From contig JBAZYN010000003.1 in the NCBI GenBank assembly GCA_041659325.1, positions 71,296-135,295 of the forward strand: a stretch of DNA of 64,000 nucleotides, given 5' to 3'. Shown here in pieces: positions 36,970 to 46,912 of the stretch (position 1 is the first letter of the stretch; the number at the start of each line of letters is the position of its first letter). Position numbers and translations under genes: made by a program. Source of the DNA: Candidatus Shapirobacteria bacterium (GTDB lineage Bacteria > Patescibacteriota > Microgenomatia > UBA12405). A model generated the notes under the pieces. The model ran no database searches. It was not told where the DNA came from and saw only the letters and a program-made list of their open reading frames with translations.

Positions 36970-37728
36970 TTACTCTACAAAAAGAAGGAGAAACATGAGG
37001 CCGACACCGACGATGATGGAAAAAAGTTGGATGAGGGAGGCGGAAATTTTGGGACTATGGCGATGAAGCTCGGGGATGAGATCGGAGGCGGCCAGATAGA
37101 TAAAAGCACCGGCAGTGACGGGCAAAAGATAAGCGGCAAAATTGTCGATATTGGTGCCAAGAAAGAAGGTTAGAAAAACTCCTAAAAAACTTATAAGGGC
37201 GGATAAAAAATTTAGAAGAAGGGCTTTGGCGACCGGTACACGGCTATGGACCAAAATAGCATAATCCCCTATTTCCTGGGGTATTTCGTGAATCAAGACG
37301 GCCAGGGTGGTGGCTAGGCCCAACTCACGGCTGACCATAAAAGCGGCGGCGATGAGCATGCCGTCGATGAAGTTGTGAACGGCGTCGCCGACAGTATTTA
37401 GGGCAACAATGTGGCTATGGCTGTCTTCACCCTCCGGACAATCAAGGTTGTGGCAGTGACGCCAACGAAGAAACTTTTCCAGGGTGAAATTTAAAAGTAG
37501 GCCGGCGATGACGAGAAGGGAAATGGTGGCGGAGGGAATGGGGCCGGAAAAAGATTCGGGAAGGATATGGATGAAGGCATCGCCCAAAAGACTACCGACA
37601 GCGAAACTGACTAGGTATGGGGATAGACGGCTGACAAGAGACGGGCTGAAAAATAAAAAAACAAGGCCGGAGAGAGAGACCAGACTGATAAAAAAGACAG
37701 CGATGAGTGAACTAAAAAGCGGAGACAT
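36970..37728 (-). CDS. ZIP family metal (zinc) transporter
   Basis: HNFIDGMLIAAAF and HEIPQEIGDYAIL motifs. Confidence 0.85.
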   Translation of the reverse strand: MSPLFSSLIAVFFISLVSLSGLVFLFFSPSLVSRLSPYLVSFAVGSLLGDAFIHILPESFSGPIPSATISLLVIAGLLLNFTLEKFLRWRHCHNLDCPEGEDSHSHIVALNTVGDAVHNFIDGMLIAAAFMVSRELGLATTLAVLIHEIPQEIGDYAILVHSRVPVAKALLLNFLSALISFLGVFLTFFLGTNIDNFAAYLLPVTAGAFIYLAASDLIPELHRHSPKISASLIQLFSIIVGVGLMFLLLFVE

Positions 37729-37839
37729 AGGGGGATTTTAACATGTTTTGGCCCCGGGTGATAGCTTGGCGGTTTTGAAATCCGGGCAACAAATTCGTGA
37801 ACGGAAAGCGGATTTTGGCGGTGAATACCGGTGGCAGTG

Positions 37840-37995
37840 AGATAGGAGGTATTTTAAATCTCCCCCTGCCTGCCGGCAGGTAGGGATTGCCACGTCGCTT
37901 CGCTCCTTCCGCCAAAGGCGGATAGGCGCAATGACGTGAGATGAAAGATTGCCACGTAATTTTACTCCTACCGCCAAAGGCGGATCAGCCCAGGG
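37840..37995. repeat. Palindromic module block (ccctgcctgccggcaggtaggg; two gattgccac-ccgccaaaggcgga-cgcaatgac units)
   Basis: Compare 5238-5300. Confidence 0.8.
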
Positions 37996-38044
37996 TGGAG
38001 ACAAGAGAGACTAGAATGTCTTTGTTTTTGGTATTATGTAAATA

Positions 38045-39598
38045 GTGAATCCAGACGAGATAAAATCACCGCTGCCCCCAAGAAAAGTTTTGATCGGAGA
38101 CGAAGGTGAAGTAACACCAATCCCGGAGGCAGCAGTACCGCCGACTGAACCAACCGGTGGCGAATCTGTCTTGTTCCCCCCACAGGGGCCAACAGTGACC
38201 GGCGAGGGAAATAGCTCCCGGGTATCCAGTAAAATTATTCAAAAAAAACCGTTTAACAAGAAAATTATATTTATTGCAATCGGGGTGGCAGTGTTAGGAC
38301 TGGTGATAATGATGCTGCCCAAAATTTTTTCCGGCAAAACCGACGGAAATAAAGAAGTAACGCTGAATTACTGGGGAATATGGGAAGAAAGCAGTGTAAT
38401 AGACGCGGTAATTGCCGATTTTGAGGCACAAAATCCGGGGATAAAAATTAAATATACCCGCAAGGATAAGGAAAACTACCGGTCGATTTTGATGAGCCGG
38501 CTACAAAAAGGCCAAGAAGATACGCCGGATATTTTTAGAATCCATAGCACCTGGGTACCGACATTTCAAAACTTATTGGAGCCGGTACCGCAAACGACAG
38601 CAACAAATTTGCAATTGGAGAGCGATTTTTTTGATGTTTATAAGACAGAGTTGAAAAAAAAGGGCGCCTATTTGGCCATTCCCCTGATGTATGACGGACT
38701 GGCGCTGTTTTATAACAAAACAATGCTGGATGCGGCGGCGGTATCGGTGCCGAAGGGATGGTGGGAGCTGCAATCGGCGGCTGAAAAAATGACCGTAAGA
38801 GACAGCAATGGGAAGCTGCAGGTGGCCGGAGCGGCGATCGGACTGACAGATAATATCGACCATTGGAGCGATGTGGTGGGGCTTTTGATGAAACAAAACG
38901 GGGTGAATCCCCTGGTGGATGATGAGGAAAATAACCAAAAAATTCAGAGTGTGTTGGAATATTACACCCTGTTTGCCACCAAAAATGGCGGAGTGTGGGA
39001 CCAGTCTATGCCCAATTCAACCGATGCTTTTACGGCCGGAAAAGTGGCCTTTTATTTTGGGCCGTTGTGGAGGGTTTATAATTTTGCCGAACCGATGTAT
39101 AAGGATTTTAAGTATGAAGTAACGACAGTGCCGCAATTGCCGACAATTGCTGATATCCCCCTTGATCAGCCCCTTTCTGATGCTGATTTGACCAATATTC
39201 ACTGGGCGAGCTATTGGGTGGAGGGAGTGGCGGCGGGCAGTAAACACCAAAAAGAGGCCTGGAAATTTATGGAATTTTTGGCATCAAAAGAATCACTGGA
39301 AAAGATGTATACGGCGGCTTCGCAAATAAGGGTGTTTGGGGAGCTGTACCCGCGGAAGAGCATGGCAGAAATGATCAGCAGCAACGAGAAAATCAGACCA
39401 TTTATATCGGTGGCGGATAATGCTTCGGGCTGGTATTTGGCCAGTAGAACATTTGACGCCGGTTTAAACGAGGAAATGATTAAGTATTTTGGCGACGCGG
39501 TAAATCAAATAATAACAACCAAAGATATAAAGAACGCTATGATAACTCTTCGAAGCGGGATTAATCAGTTGAAATCGCGGTACAAATTGACGGAATAA
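38045..39598 (+). CDS. ABC transporter extracellular solute-binding protein (family 1, sugar-type)
   Basis: N-terminal TM anchor; ...TLNYWGIWEE...DIFRIHSTWVP... Confidence 0.7.
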   Translation: MNPDEIKSPLPPRKVLIGDEGEVTPIPEAAVPPTEPTGGESVLFPPQGPTVTGEGNSSRVSSKIIQKKPFNKKIIFIAIGVAVLGLVIMMLPKIFSGKTDGNKEVTLNYWGIWEESSVIDAVIADFEAQNPGIKIKYTRKDKENYRSILMSRLQKGQEDTPDIFRIHSTWVPTFQNLLEPVPQTTATNLQLESDFFDVYKTELKKKGAYLAIPLMYDGLALFYNKTMLDAAAVSVPKGWWELQSAAEKMTVRDSNGKLQVAGAAIGLTDNIDHWSDVVGLLMKQNGVNPLVDDEENNQKIQSVLEYYTLFATKNGGVWDQSMPNSTDAFTAGKVAFYFGPLWRVYNFAEPMYKDFKYEVTTVPQLPTIADIPLDQPLSDADLTNIHWASYWVEGVAAGSKHQKEAWKFMEFLASKESLEKMYTAASQIRVFGELYPRKSMAEMISSNEKIRPFISVADNASGWYLASRTFDAGLNEEMIKYFGDAVNQIITTKDIKNAMITLRSGINQLKSRYKLTE

Positions 39599-39601
39599 AA
39601 A

Positions 39602-40255
39602 ATGATTTTGGTAAATTTTAAAATTTATCGGGAGACATTTGGCGAAGGGGCAACTCGGTTGGCAGCGGCCTGTAAGATAGTGGCGGAGAAAACAGGTGTG
39701 CAAATTATCCCGGTAGTATCGGCTATTGACGCCTACCGGATTATTAAAGAAGTGGGAATGGAGGTAATGGTTCAGCACACTGACGGGATGGTTGAAGGGA
39801 CCAAAAGCGGCTTTGTGTCAACCGAGCAGGCGGTATTGGCCGGTATCAGCGGATCTCTTGTGAACCACTCGGAACATAAGGTGAAGCCGGGGACAATAAA
39901 AAAGATGTTGGCAGTTTGGCCGGAGAAGTTTAAATCGGTGGTATGTATCCAAACACAAGGACAGACGGAAAGATGGGCTAAAAACATAAAGCCGGATTTT
40001 ATTGCCTATGAACCCTCTTATCTTATCGCTTGCCAGGAGCGATCGGTGGCCACAGAAAAACCTGAAGTAATTGAAAAAATAGTTGATAGATACAGGGGGA
40101 TTCCGGTGTTGGTGGGGGCCGGAATTCATAGTGTTGAGGATGTAAGAATATCCTTATCATTGGGAGCAAAGGGAATTTTAATCTCGTCTTTTATTGTAAA
40201 ATCTGCCAATCCAGAGGCAGACCTGTTAAAACTGGCTGAAGTTTTTAGTGTATAA
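39602..40255 (+). CDS. tpiA: triosephosphate isomerase, archaeal-type short form
   Basis: VNFKIY and NHSEH motifs; ~217 aa, as in archaeal TIM. Confidence 0.7.
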   Translation: MILVNFKIYRETFGEGATRLAAACKIVAEKTGVQIIPVVSAIDAYRIIKEVGMEVMVQHTDGMVEGTKSGFVSTEQAVLAGISGSLVNHSEHKVKPGTIKKMLAVWPEKFKSVVCIQTQGQTERWAKNIKPDFIAYEPSYLIACQERSVATEKPEVIEKIVDRYRGIPVLVGAGIHSVEDVRISLSLGAKGILISSFIVKSANPEADLLKLAEVFSV

Positions 40256-40261
40256 TCGGCT

Positions 40262-40963
40262 ATGGCATCTATTGATAATTTACTGGTATCGCTTTTTGTT
40301 GACGAAGTAGTCGGCGGGTTTTTGGTAACTGTCCCACCGGGACACGTAGGATGTATCTACAGTATTTTTACCGGAGTAATGAAAAACGTGTGGCACCCGG
40401 GGATGCATTTTAAGATCCCGATAATTCACCGGGTGAAGCTGTTTAATGCACAGCTAATTGAATATACAATTTCGAAGGATGTGGTTTTGATTGATAATAA
40501 GGAAATAATGGGCGATGAAATAATTAATGCGGTGACGACGGACAACAAATTTGTGGCGGTAGAAGCCACGGTTTTGATAAAACTTGATACCAGCAGAATG
40601 CCCGAAATTTGGCAAAATATTGGAGAAAATTTTGTTTCTAAGGTGGTAAGGCCGGTGACCCGAAGCCGGATTCGAAAGGTACTGACTAGCCATACCCTAG
40701 CAAACGCCCTGTCGGTGGACCGGAGCTTAATCGAAGAAGAAGTAAGGCAGGAGCTAAAAAACTCGCTTGAACCACACGGTCTGAATGTAGATAACTTTTA
40801 TTTGAGCTCTTTGACCCCAATCGACAATGTGTCGCCAATTGAGGAGAAGGGAATAATTATGCCGGCACTGGAAGATGACGGCGGACTGAAAAGCCAGGAA
40901 GAGATAAAAAACCAAAGATTTATATCAGGAAATATTCAGAGACAAAGTTCTAACCGGCAATAG
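40262..40963 (+). CDS. SPFH/band-7 (prohibitin-like) domain protein
   Basis: N-terminal TM; band-7 core ...PGMHFKIPIIHRVKLFNAQLIEYT... Confidence 0.65.
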   Translation: MASIDNLLVSLFVDEVVGGFLVTVPPGHVGCIYSIFTGVMKNVWHPGMHFKIPIIHRVKLFNAQLIEYTISKDVVLIDNKEIMGDEIINAVTTDNKFVAVEATVLIKLDTSRMPEIWQNIGENFVSKVVRPVTRSRIRKVLTSHTLANALSVDRSLIEEEVRQELKNSLEPHGLNVDNFYLSSLTPIDNVSPIEEKGIIMPALEDDGGLKSQEEIKNQRFISGNIQRQSSNRQ

Positions 40964-41609
40964 TTAGGGTCCAAAACTTTTTGACTAAGTGACAAGAATT
41001 TATTTGACAAGTAAAGGCGTGGCGGGCTGACCTGAGGGTGGAAAACGTGGTGGCAACATCGTCGACGAGAATGAAGTTTTCACCTGGGTTAGTATTTGTT
41101 TCATTTATATTAAATACATTGGATAGATTGGCCTGTCGATCTGATGGTTTTTCGTTTTTTACCTGAGGGGAGGTATTTACGGAACGAGAAAGCAAATTGT
41201 TTGAATAATTGAGCTTAATTTGACGGGAGAGGTGCTGACAAATTAAGTCTGATTGGTTGTATCCGCGCCATTTTTGGCGGAACGGATGGAGAGGGATAGG
41301 GATTAGAGTAAATAAGTTGTTCTGCCAGTATTTTAGAAGATTTGGGTAAGAAGATTTTAGGGTGGAACTGATCAGGCCGGACAACTGCCCCGCCAGGTCG
41401 GAGACGAAATTATATTTATAATCATGAATGAGATTTGTAATGAGACCATTGTATTTGAAGAGGGATAGGTTTCCCTCGAAAAGAGAGGTGTCGATTAAAT
41501 TTATGGGCTGGGGGAATAGTTGGGATTGACAGGCGGAGCAAAGGTATTGGCCGGGGTGGCCACAGCCATAACAGCGGCGGGGGAAAAGAAAATCAAGAAG
41601 AATGGACAT
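40950..41609 (-). CDS. comF: ComF family protein (phosphoribosyltransferase)
   Basis: N-terminal Cys4 CYGCG...CSAC; PRTase motif FILVDDVATTFSTL. Confidence 0.8.
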   Translation of the reverse strand: MSILLDFLFPRRCYGCGHPGQYLCSACQSQLFPQPINLIDTSLFEGNLSLFKYNGLITNLIHDYKYNFVSDLAGQLSGLISSTLKSSYPNLLKYWQNNLFTLIPIPLHPFRQKWRGYNQSDLICQHLSRQIKLNYSNNLLSRSVNTSPQVKNEKPSDRQANLSNVFNINETNTNPGENFILVDDVATTFSTLRSARHAFTCQINSCHLVKKFWTLTIAG

Positions 41610-41611
41610 GG

Positions 41612-41720
41612 GTTTAAACCCTTACCCTTCCCTTTCCCTTGACAGGGCAAGGGAAAAATTCAAAAGAATATAACATAAGTAATAATATAATTACCAATTA
41701 CGAATTATCAATTAAATCAG
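41612..41720. repeat. Module cccttacccttccctttcccttgacagggcaagggaaaaa plus an AATTAC hexamer array
   Basis: Compare 5170-5200; the hexamer array is rendered as spurious N-terminal codons of the next ORF. Confidence 0.7.
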
Positions 41721-42586
41721 ATAAAATAAGAGCTGTGGGGAAGGAAATGATTAAAAGAAAGAATGCGTCGGAACTGGTGCTGACGGTGATGATTTGGGCG
41801 ATGGTGGGACTTTTGGGGACAAGATTGTACCTGGAAATAATGGGGTACCCGCAAATAGGAAAGGGCGACTGGCATGTGGCACACGCCCTAATCGGAGGGT
41901 TGGTGATGACTGCCGGAATGATGATTGATCTGGTATTTTACGGAACAAGAACAAAAAAAATAGCAGCGGGGGTATTTGGGTTGGGGATGGGATGGTTTAT
42001 TGATGAGGTAGGGAAATATTTATCGAGGGACAACAATTATTTTTTTCAACCGGCGATAGTCGTAATTTATGCTTTTTTTGTAATCTTGTTTTTGATTTAT
42101 AAATACCTGGAAAAAAGAGAAACGAGGGACGGAGTCAGCGAAAACAAAGAGATGGGTATAAGCTGGGAAGCTAAATGGTGGAGGCAGGTCAGAAAAATCA
42201 CGTATCATAAAATTTTTAGGAGAAAGATTGTGATTAATATTCTTTTTTTGATAGCGGTCGGATATGTGGTGGCCGGAGCGGGAGATGCAGTATTTCTTTG
42301 GGGGACATTTAGAAACGACAGGGATATAAGTATGTTTACATTTAAGTCGATTACTGATTTGATAATTGCGGTTGTGTTTGGAATTGGAATTTATATGGTC
42401 TCCCGGAAAAAGCGACGAAGGGGGATTAATTTTTTCAGGTATGGGCTTTTGGTGAATATTTTTTTGTCATCGATTTTTAACCTGTATTTTGAGCAATTCA
42501 GCGCGGTAATAGGCTTGGGGTTTAGTGTGGCGATATATTATGGACTGGATAAAATGAGAAGAGAACTGATAGAGACAAAACATTGA
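41639..42586 (+). CDS. hypothetical polytopic membrane protein (probable true start ~41746, MIKRKNASE)
   Basis: 6-8 TM helices; the annotated N-terminus overlaps the repeat. Confidence 0.5.
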   Translation: MTGQGKNSKEYNISNNIITNYELSIKSDKIRAVGKEMIKRKNASELVLTVMIWAMVGLLGTRLYLEIMGYPQIGKGDWHVAHALIGGLVMTAGMMIDLVFYGTRTKKIAAGVFGLGMGWFIDEVGKYLSRDNNYFFQPAIVVIYAFFVILFLIYKYLEKRETRDGVSENKEMGISWEAKWWRQVRKITYHKIFRRKIVINILFLIAVGYVVAGAGDAVFLWGTFRNDRDISMFTFKSITDLIIAVVFGIGIYMVSRKKRRRGINFFRYGLLVNIFLSSIFNLYFEQFSAVIGLGFSVAIYYGLDKMRRELIETKH

Positions 42587-42687
42587 ACGTCTCCGGCCGG
42601 CTGAATAGGGTCATAAACATAACGCGACCGCTGGATGGCAATAATTTTGGCTTTTTCGCCATCCGATTCACAGTTATTATCGGAATA

Positions 42688-42918
42688 TCAAGGGATTTGT
42701 TTAGGTTGGCCAGAAAGGGAAGCTGCTTGATCAACAGCTTCGATTAATACTCTTTTTAGTTCTTCGGGGTCTGCTGGTAAATCCCAGGGGCCGACGTGGC
42801 TTATTGCGTAAAAGACAAGTTCGCGCGCCGAGCCAGCAGGGCCCTTCTCATGGATAAAACCAAGGAGAGGGTTTTGGGGCTGATCAGTTGTTTTATGGTC
42901 TGATTCTTTAGGTAACAT
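42688..42918 (-). CDS. hypothetical small protein
   Basis: 76-aa ORF. Confidence 0.3.
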   Translation of the reverse strand: MLPKESDHKTTDQPQNPLLGFIHEKGPAGSARELVFYAISHVGPWDLPADPEELKRVLIEAVDQAASLSGQPKQIP

Positions 42919-43073
42919 AGGTTTTATTACGGTCTAAGTTTAATTATATTAATCGTTTCCCTTAAAAATGTCGTTTAAGGTAGCAACTTGGCTATATTTT
43001 ACTATAAATAACCGAATATGGGTGGAGTGGGGCAACGAGCGAATTGGGTTTATTGTGTTGGCCGAGGTGCCGA

Positions 43074-43652
43074 TCATTTTTTTTCTTTTGTTTTGCCGGT
43101 ATAACTAATCCTATCTTTCGTAAATACCAATAAGGCAACAACTACAGTAATGATTTCGGCAACAAATAGTTTTGATTTTGTGTAAATCGATAAAATTTCC
43201 GCGTTTGAAGTTGGGTTATTTTTGTAGAACTCCAATGCTTCATGAAGGGTTTTTTTCCGACCAAGGTTGAATGGGTATTCCCAAAGTATTTGGGGAGTTG
43301 ATGTAATCCCGCTATCCAGATTAAGCCATCCCAGTAAGTGATTAAAATCGTCCAGAACGAGATGGCTTGCCATTGCAACGCCGGCTAAAATAAAGGTTTT
43401 TGTCGAGAACTTTTTGCGGAACAAAAAATACAAAATGGAGAACAAGACAATTCCGAAAATGGGCGTATGAGTAGGAAGATAATGGTGCAAGCCGCCCGGA
43501 TAACCGAATAAGGGGGGAAGAAAAAAATCTAAATCAAAGCTATTTCCGCTAAAAACGATAAATAATGTCTCGATAGATCGTAACTTCTCCTTGGGCCTAA
43601 TTGGAAATCCGGAAATTAAATAAGATGCCGCAATATGGCCCGGAGTTATCAT
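43074..43652 (-). CDS. membrane protein, possibly YdjM/DUF457-type metal-dependent hydrolase
   Basis: MITPGHIAASYL N-terminus; 4-5 TM; conserved His residues. Confidence 0.35.
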   Translation of the reverse strand: MITPGHIAASYLISGFPIRPKEKLRSIETLFIVFSGNSFDLDFFLPPLFGYPGGLHHYLPTHTPIFGIVLFSILYFLFRKKFSTKTFILAGVAMASHLVLDDFNHLLGWLNLDSGITSTPQILWEYPFNLGRKKTLHEALEFYKNNPTSNAEILSIYTKSKLFVAEIITVVVALLVFTKDRISYTGKTKEKK

Positions 43653-43744
43653 TTGTCATTGTAATCAAAAAATGAGCGGTGTTCCATAAATTGGGGCGGC
43701 TATGCACTAGAGGTTGCCACACGCTAAATTATTCTATCATCAGC

Positions 43745-43840
43745 GTGTGAGCAATCCGGGCGAGGCGACTTGCCTGCCCGCGGTGGCGGGTAAATGGGCA
43801 GGCAGGGGTGCAACGAGGGCGAGCGAAAGGAAGAGCTTTA
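43745..43840. repeat. Repeat modules (ccgggcgaggcgacttgcctgcccgcggtggcgggtaaatgggcaggcagg)
   Basis: Compare 29950-30000 and 60000-60030 (gcgggtaaacgggcaggc). Confidence 0.65.
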
Positions 43841-43843
43841 AGC

Positions 43844-44281
43844 TCACGAATTCTTTTTAATCTTTTTTATGTCTGGAAAAGTCAGCCAAGCAGACATGGC
43901 ACCAAAAACAGTTTTGTCTATGTCAAAAGGCTTAATGGCTTGAGGATTCTTTAGAAAGATTAAAAGGCAATACTTTTTATTTTTAAACATTTGATAATAC
44001 CGGGGGATGTCTTGTGCTTCTAATCCATCATCGGAGCCATATTCGGAAAGTAATTGCCCAACACGTTTGGGGGTGAGGCCAGAAAATTGAAGAACTTTTT
44101 TAACCTCAGCTTTTAAACTAACGAGCCCTCCCGTGTCTTTAAAATAGACTGTTTCATTGGGCTTAATTCTATCCCAAGGTGAATACTTAACCATGTACCA
44201 ACGTGATTCAATTTTCTTTAAGCCTGAGAGAATTTTTTGAGTCAAACCCCATTGTTTTTTCATGATAGCTAGATGATCCAT
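43844..44281 (-). CDS. ASCH domain protein
   Basis: ILSGLKKIESRWY (ILxGxKTxExR-type motif). Confidence 0.55.
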   Translation of the reverse strand: MDHLAIMKKQWGLTQKILSGLKKIESRWYMVKYSPWDRIKPNETVYFKDTGGLVSLKAEVKKVLQFSGLTPKRVGQLLSEYGSDDGLEAQDIPRYYQMFKNKKYCLLIFLKNPQAIKPFDIDKTVFGAMSAWLTFPDIKKIKKNS

Positions 44282-44522
44282 AGAACTATTGAGTTTAAAA
44301 TTTTGGCTAACGTTTCGGTATGTTCGTAGTTAAGCGGACATGATAATCTCTCTTATTTTACAACATGACCACTTCGCCATAGGCGGATAAAAATTAGAGT
44401 CGAACGAGTGCAACCAAATGAGTCGGACATACTGTGTTGCTGACCCGAGGGAGTCCTGCAGTCAGACGATCTCAAGTTCGCTACAGGGTCGGAGCCAAAG
44501 CCGAAGATGTAAAAAATCACAA

Positions 44523-44741
44523 CTAAGGGAGGCCAGTTCTATTATTGACTTTTCTTTCTAGCGTGTCAACATTAGCTGAATTAAAAGTACGGGCCGTTCG
44601 GAAATTGATACATTCGTGACAAGTTGATTCGGGCTTGCCCCGATGATCCACTTGAATATGATGGGCAAATTTGCGATTCAGCTTGATTAAACTTTGTCTT
44701 GCGGCTGATAATTGGTCAGATAAGTTTTCTGGTGAAGACAT
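44523..44741 (-). CDS. small HNH-endonuclease-like protein
   Basis: HHIQVDHRGKPESTCHECINFRT resembles an HNH core (HH...N...CxxC). Confidence 0.35.
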   Translation of the reverse strand: MSSPENLSDQLSAARQSLIKLNRKFAHHIQVDHRGKPESTCHECINFRTARTFNSANVDTLERKVNNRTGLP

Positions 44742-45198
44742 AAAATTTTATATTGGTAAAGGCTTCAGGATGGCTGATTCTACCATAATTTACGATTTTT
44801 TATCAAAAGATTGGCATTAAATGTTAATTATGGGTAATTTTGGGACCAGTGGTTTTAAGATTGCCGCGGTCACTCCTTCCCTCGAAATGACGTGACTTAA
44901 GCGCAATGACCTATAAAGAGGTAAAAATTACCGAATCAATAGCGGTCGTCCCGTTATATTTCCACCATATCTTTTGCCATCTGCGGTATTTACATCATCG
45001 AAACAACTCGACCTTCTACGGCTTCCCCAGGATTGCCGAAAAACACGATTTGGTACATATTGCACAGTATCTCGCGCAAGCTGATTCTATTGGTTAGATG
45101 TAAAATAAGTGGAGTAAGCTGAAGTCGAATAACGATTTGGGCGGTGGCTTTTTAAAAAGTTTTAATTTTGCGATAACAATAATATTGGCAATTTTATT

Positions 45199-45909
45199 TT
45201 ACGTCACCGAGTAGGCAATCCTCGTTGTTCCTTGGTTAGATTTTATTTTTCTGATGGTGATTTTGCCGATTTCGGAAGCAGTTTTTACATGGGTGCCACC
45301 ACAGCCACAAATTGGAAATCCGGCAAAATTTACAACTCTGGCAGACTTGCCGGCGGGTGCCCAAACGCCTTTGGCCTGGGCTTCTGCGGGGCTTAAGTCT
45401 TTTTTCTCTACCGGTAAATTTTGCTCAAGAAGGTTGTCAATATTTTTTTGCAAAAGTGGAATTATTTCGGCAGGATTTTCAATTGTTCCACTATACTCAA
45501 CATACGGACCATCAGGAAAATGAAAACCCTTGGTTGGTTTTAGATTTTCTATCCCTATTTTTGTAACGGCACAATCCAGCAAGTGTCCGGCGGAGTGAAG
45601 CCGGGCATTTAATATTCTTCTTTCTTGGTCAATTTTTAGAACTACTTTGTCGCCCTGTTTTAGCTCACCATTTTTAAATTCGCCAAAATGCCAAACTGTG
45701 CCTGTCTCGTCTAACCTAACATCGTTGACTGTAAAAATATTGACTCCTGAGATTATTTCGCCCTTGTCGGCAGGCTGTCCGCCTCCTTGGGGATAGAAAA
45801 TCGTTTCGTCCAAAATTACGGCTTTGCCCTTTTCGTTTTGACTAACCTCAAGGAAAACTGCCTCTGATTCAAATAAATAAGTGTCGTTAAGATAGTTTAG
45901 TTTTGTCAT
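45199..45909 (-). CDS. alaX: AlaX-type alanyl-tRNA editing protein
   Basis: HSAGHLLD...GCGGTHV zinc-binding editing motifs. Confidence 0.8.
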   Translation of the reverse strand: MTKLNYLNDTYLFESEAVFLEVSQNEKGKAVILDETIFYPQGGGQPADKGEIISGVNIFTVNDVRLDETGTVWHFGEFKNGELKQGDKVVLKIDQERRILNARLHSAGHLLDCAVTKIGIENLKPTKGFHFPDGPYVEYSGTIENPAEIIPLLQKNIDNLLEQNLPVEKKDLSPAEAQAKGVWAPAGKSARVVNFAGFPICGCGGTHVKTASEIGKITIRKIKSNQGTTRIAYSVT

Positions 45910-46074
45910 AGAGGAAAATTAATAACAAAATTATGTGTATAAAATTCTGAGTGAAGTCTAACACTTTTTATTGATTCGGGTAACGGTTTAGGATGACTGA
46001 TGTTACCATGTTTAAGAATATTTTATCAAAAACATGGCATTAAATTTAAATTTTGGGGCCAGTGGCCGGATTTT

Positions 46075-46213
46075 AAATCTACCCCTATCCCCTCCTTTGA
46101 AGAAAGGAGGGGCATTGCTCGTTGTCGCGATTGAATGGAGTGAGTGGGGTGATTTCATATTTCTTACCGTAAGGATTGCCACTCCCGACGTGAAGTCGGG
46201 ATCGCAATGACGG
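46075..46213. repeat. Rep135 copy 3 (inner hairpin swapped: cccgacgtgaagtcggg instead of ccgccagttggcgg)
   Basis: Same flanks; the different but still palindromic core argues that the structure is conserved. Confidence 0.85.
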
Positions 46214-46257
46214 ATAAAGTGGCAAAGTTGGGTAATTTTTGATATAATACAACCCTT

Positions 46258-46703
46258 GGAGATGTATTGCATTGACAGGGTGAGTACTTTAAAAAACCGC
46301 AAGCCGGCTTTGATCCATTGAGCCGTTAAACAGGGTCGAAAACAACATGCCAATAATATCGGCAAAGCTTTGAGAGAATCTTTGGCTTCGGTCGAAGGTA
46401 CCCTTTTGGGCAACGGAAACGGTTTCGTTTCTGCTGCTCCAGTTGCTTACGCTATTGCGTAAACAACAAGCCATTAATTAGTCCCCTATTCTAGGGGAGA
46501 TTAGTTAGTGCCAATTAAACTAGAATGCTGATCTGCCGATCTCGACTTTGGCAGAGAATAAGCGAGGGGTAATGCCCTCATCAATCGACATTTCACCGCC
46601 TTTTTTGGGTATTAGCTGGTGAAAGTGTAGGAGAAAACCCAATAAGCTTGTAGACGTTTTTTAATTTCCACTTTGGACCCCCGATCATTCCGGGGCATCT
46701 CCT
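46258..46703 (+). ncRNA. ssrA: tmRNA (ssrA)
   Basis: 5' GGAGAUG-UAUUGC-AUUGACAGGG (compare E. coli GGGGCUG-AUUCUG-GAUUCGACGGG); tag ORF ...GNGNGFVSAAPVAYAIA* ending with TAA at 46460-46462; 3' tRNA-like ggac-ccccg-atcattc-cgggg-catctcc pairs with the 5' end; putative promoter tggcaa-17-tataat (46220-46248); smpB is 1.7 kb away. Confidence 0.75.
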
Positions 46704-46912
46704 CTAAACAGAATCTGCGATCTTTTGTAACCTGTAATTGGTAATCAGTAATTGGTAAAAACCTAGAAGCAACATGAGATTAGAAAATCTATGTATGGGG
46801 TGTAAACATAATTGCTGTGACGGGTTTTTTGGGTGAAAGAATTTACTTTTCCACCGTCCAATTTTGTTAAGGTAGTGTGGAACGATAAGACAAAGCTGGA
46901 AACAACTTTTTT

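Noticed and set aside
44300-44520. RNase P RNA / SRP RNA / 6S RNA in the structured stretch
   Set aside because: Conserved cores such as GGAAAGUCCGG, ACAGAAACCCGGCUUA (RNase P) or the SRP domain IV GGAAG...AGCAGC were not found. It is left as an unassigned structured region.
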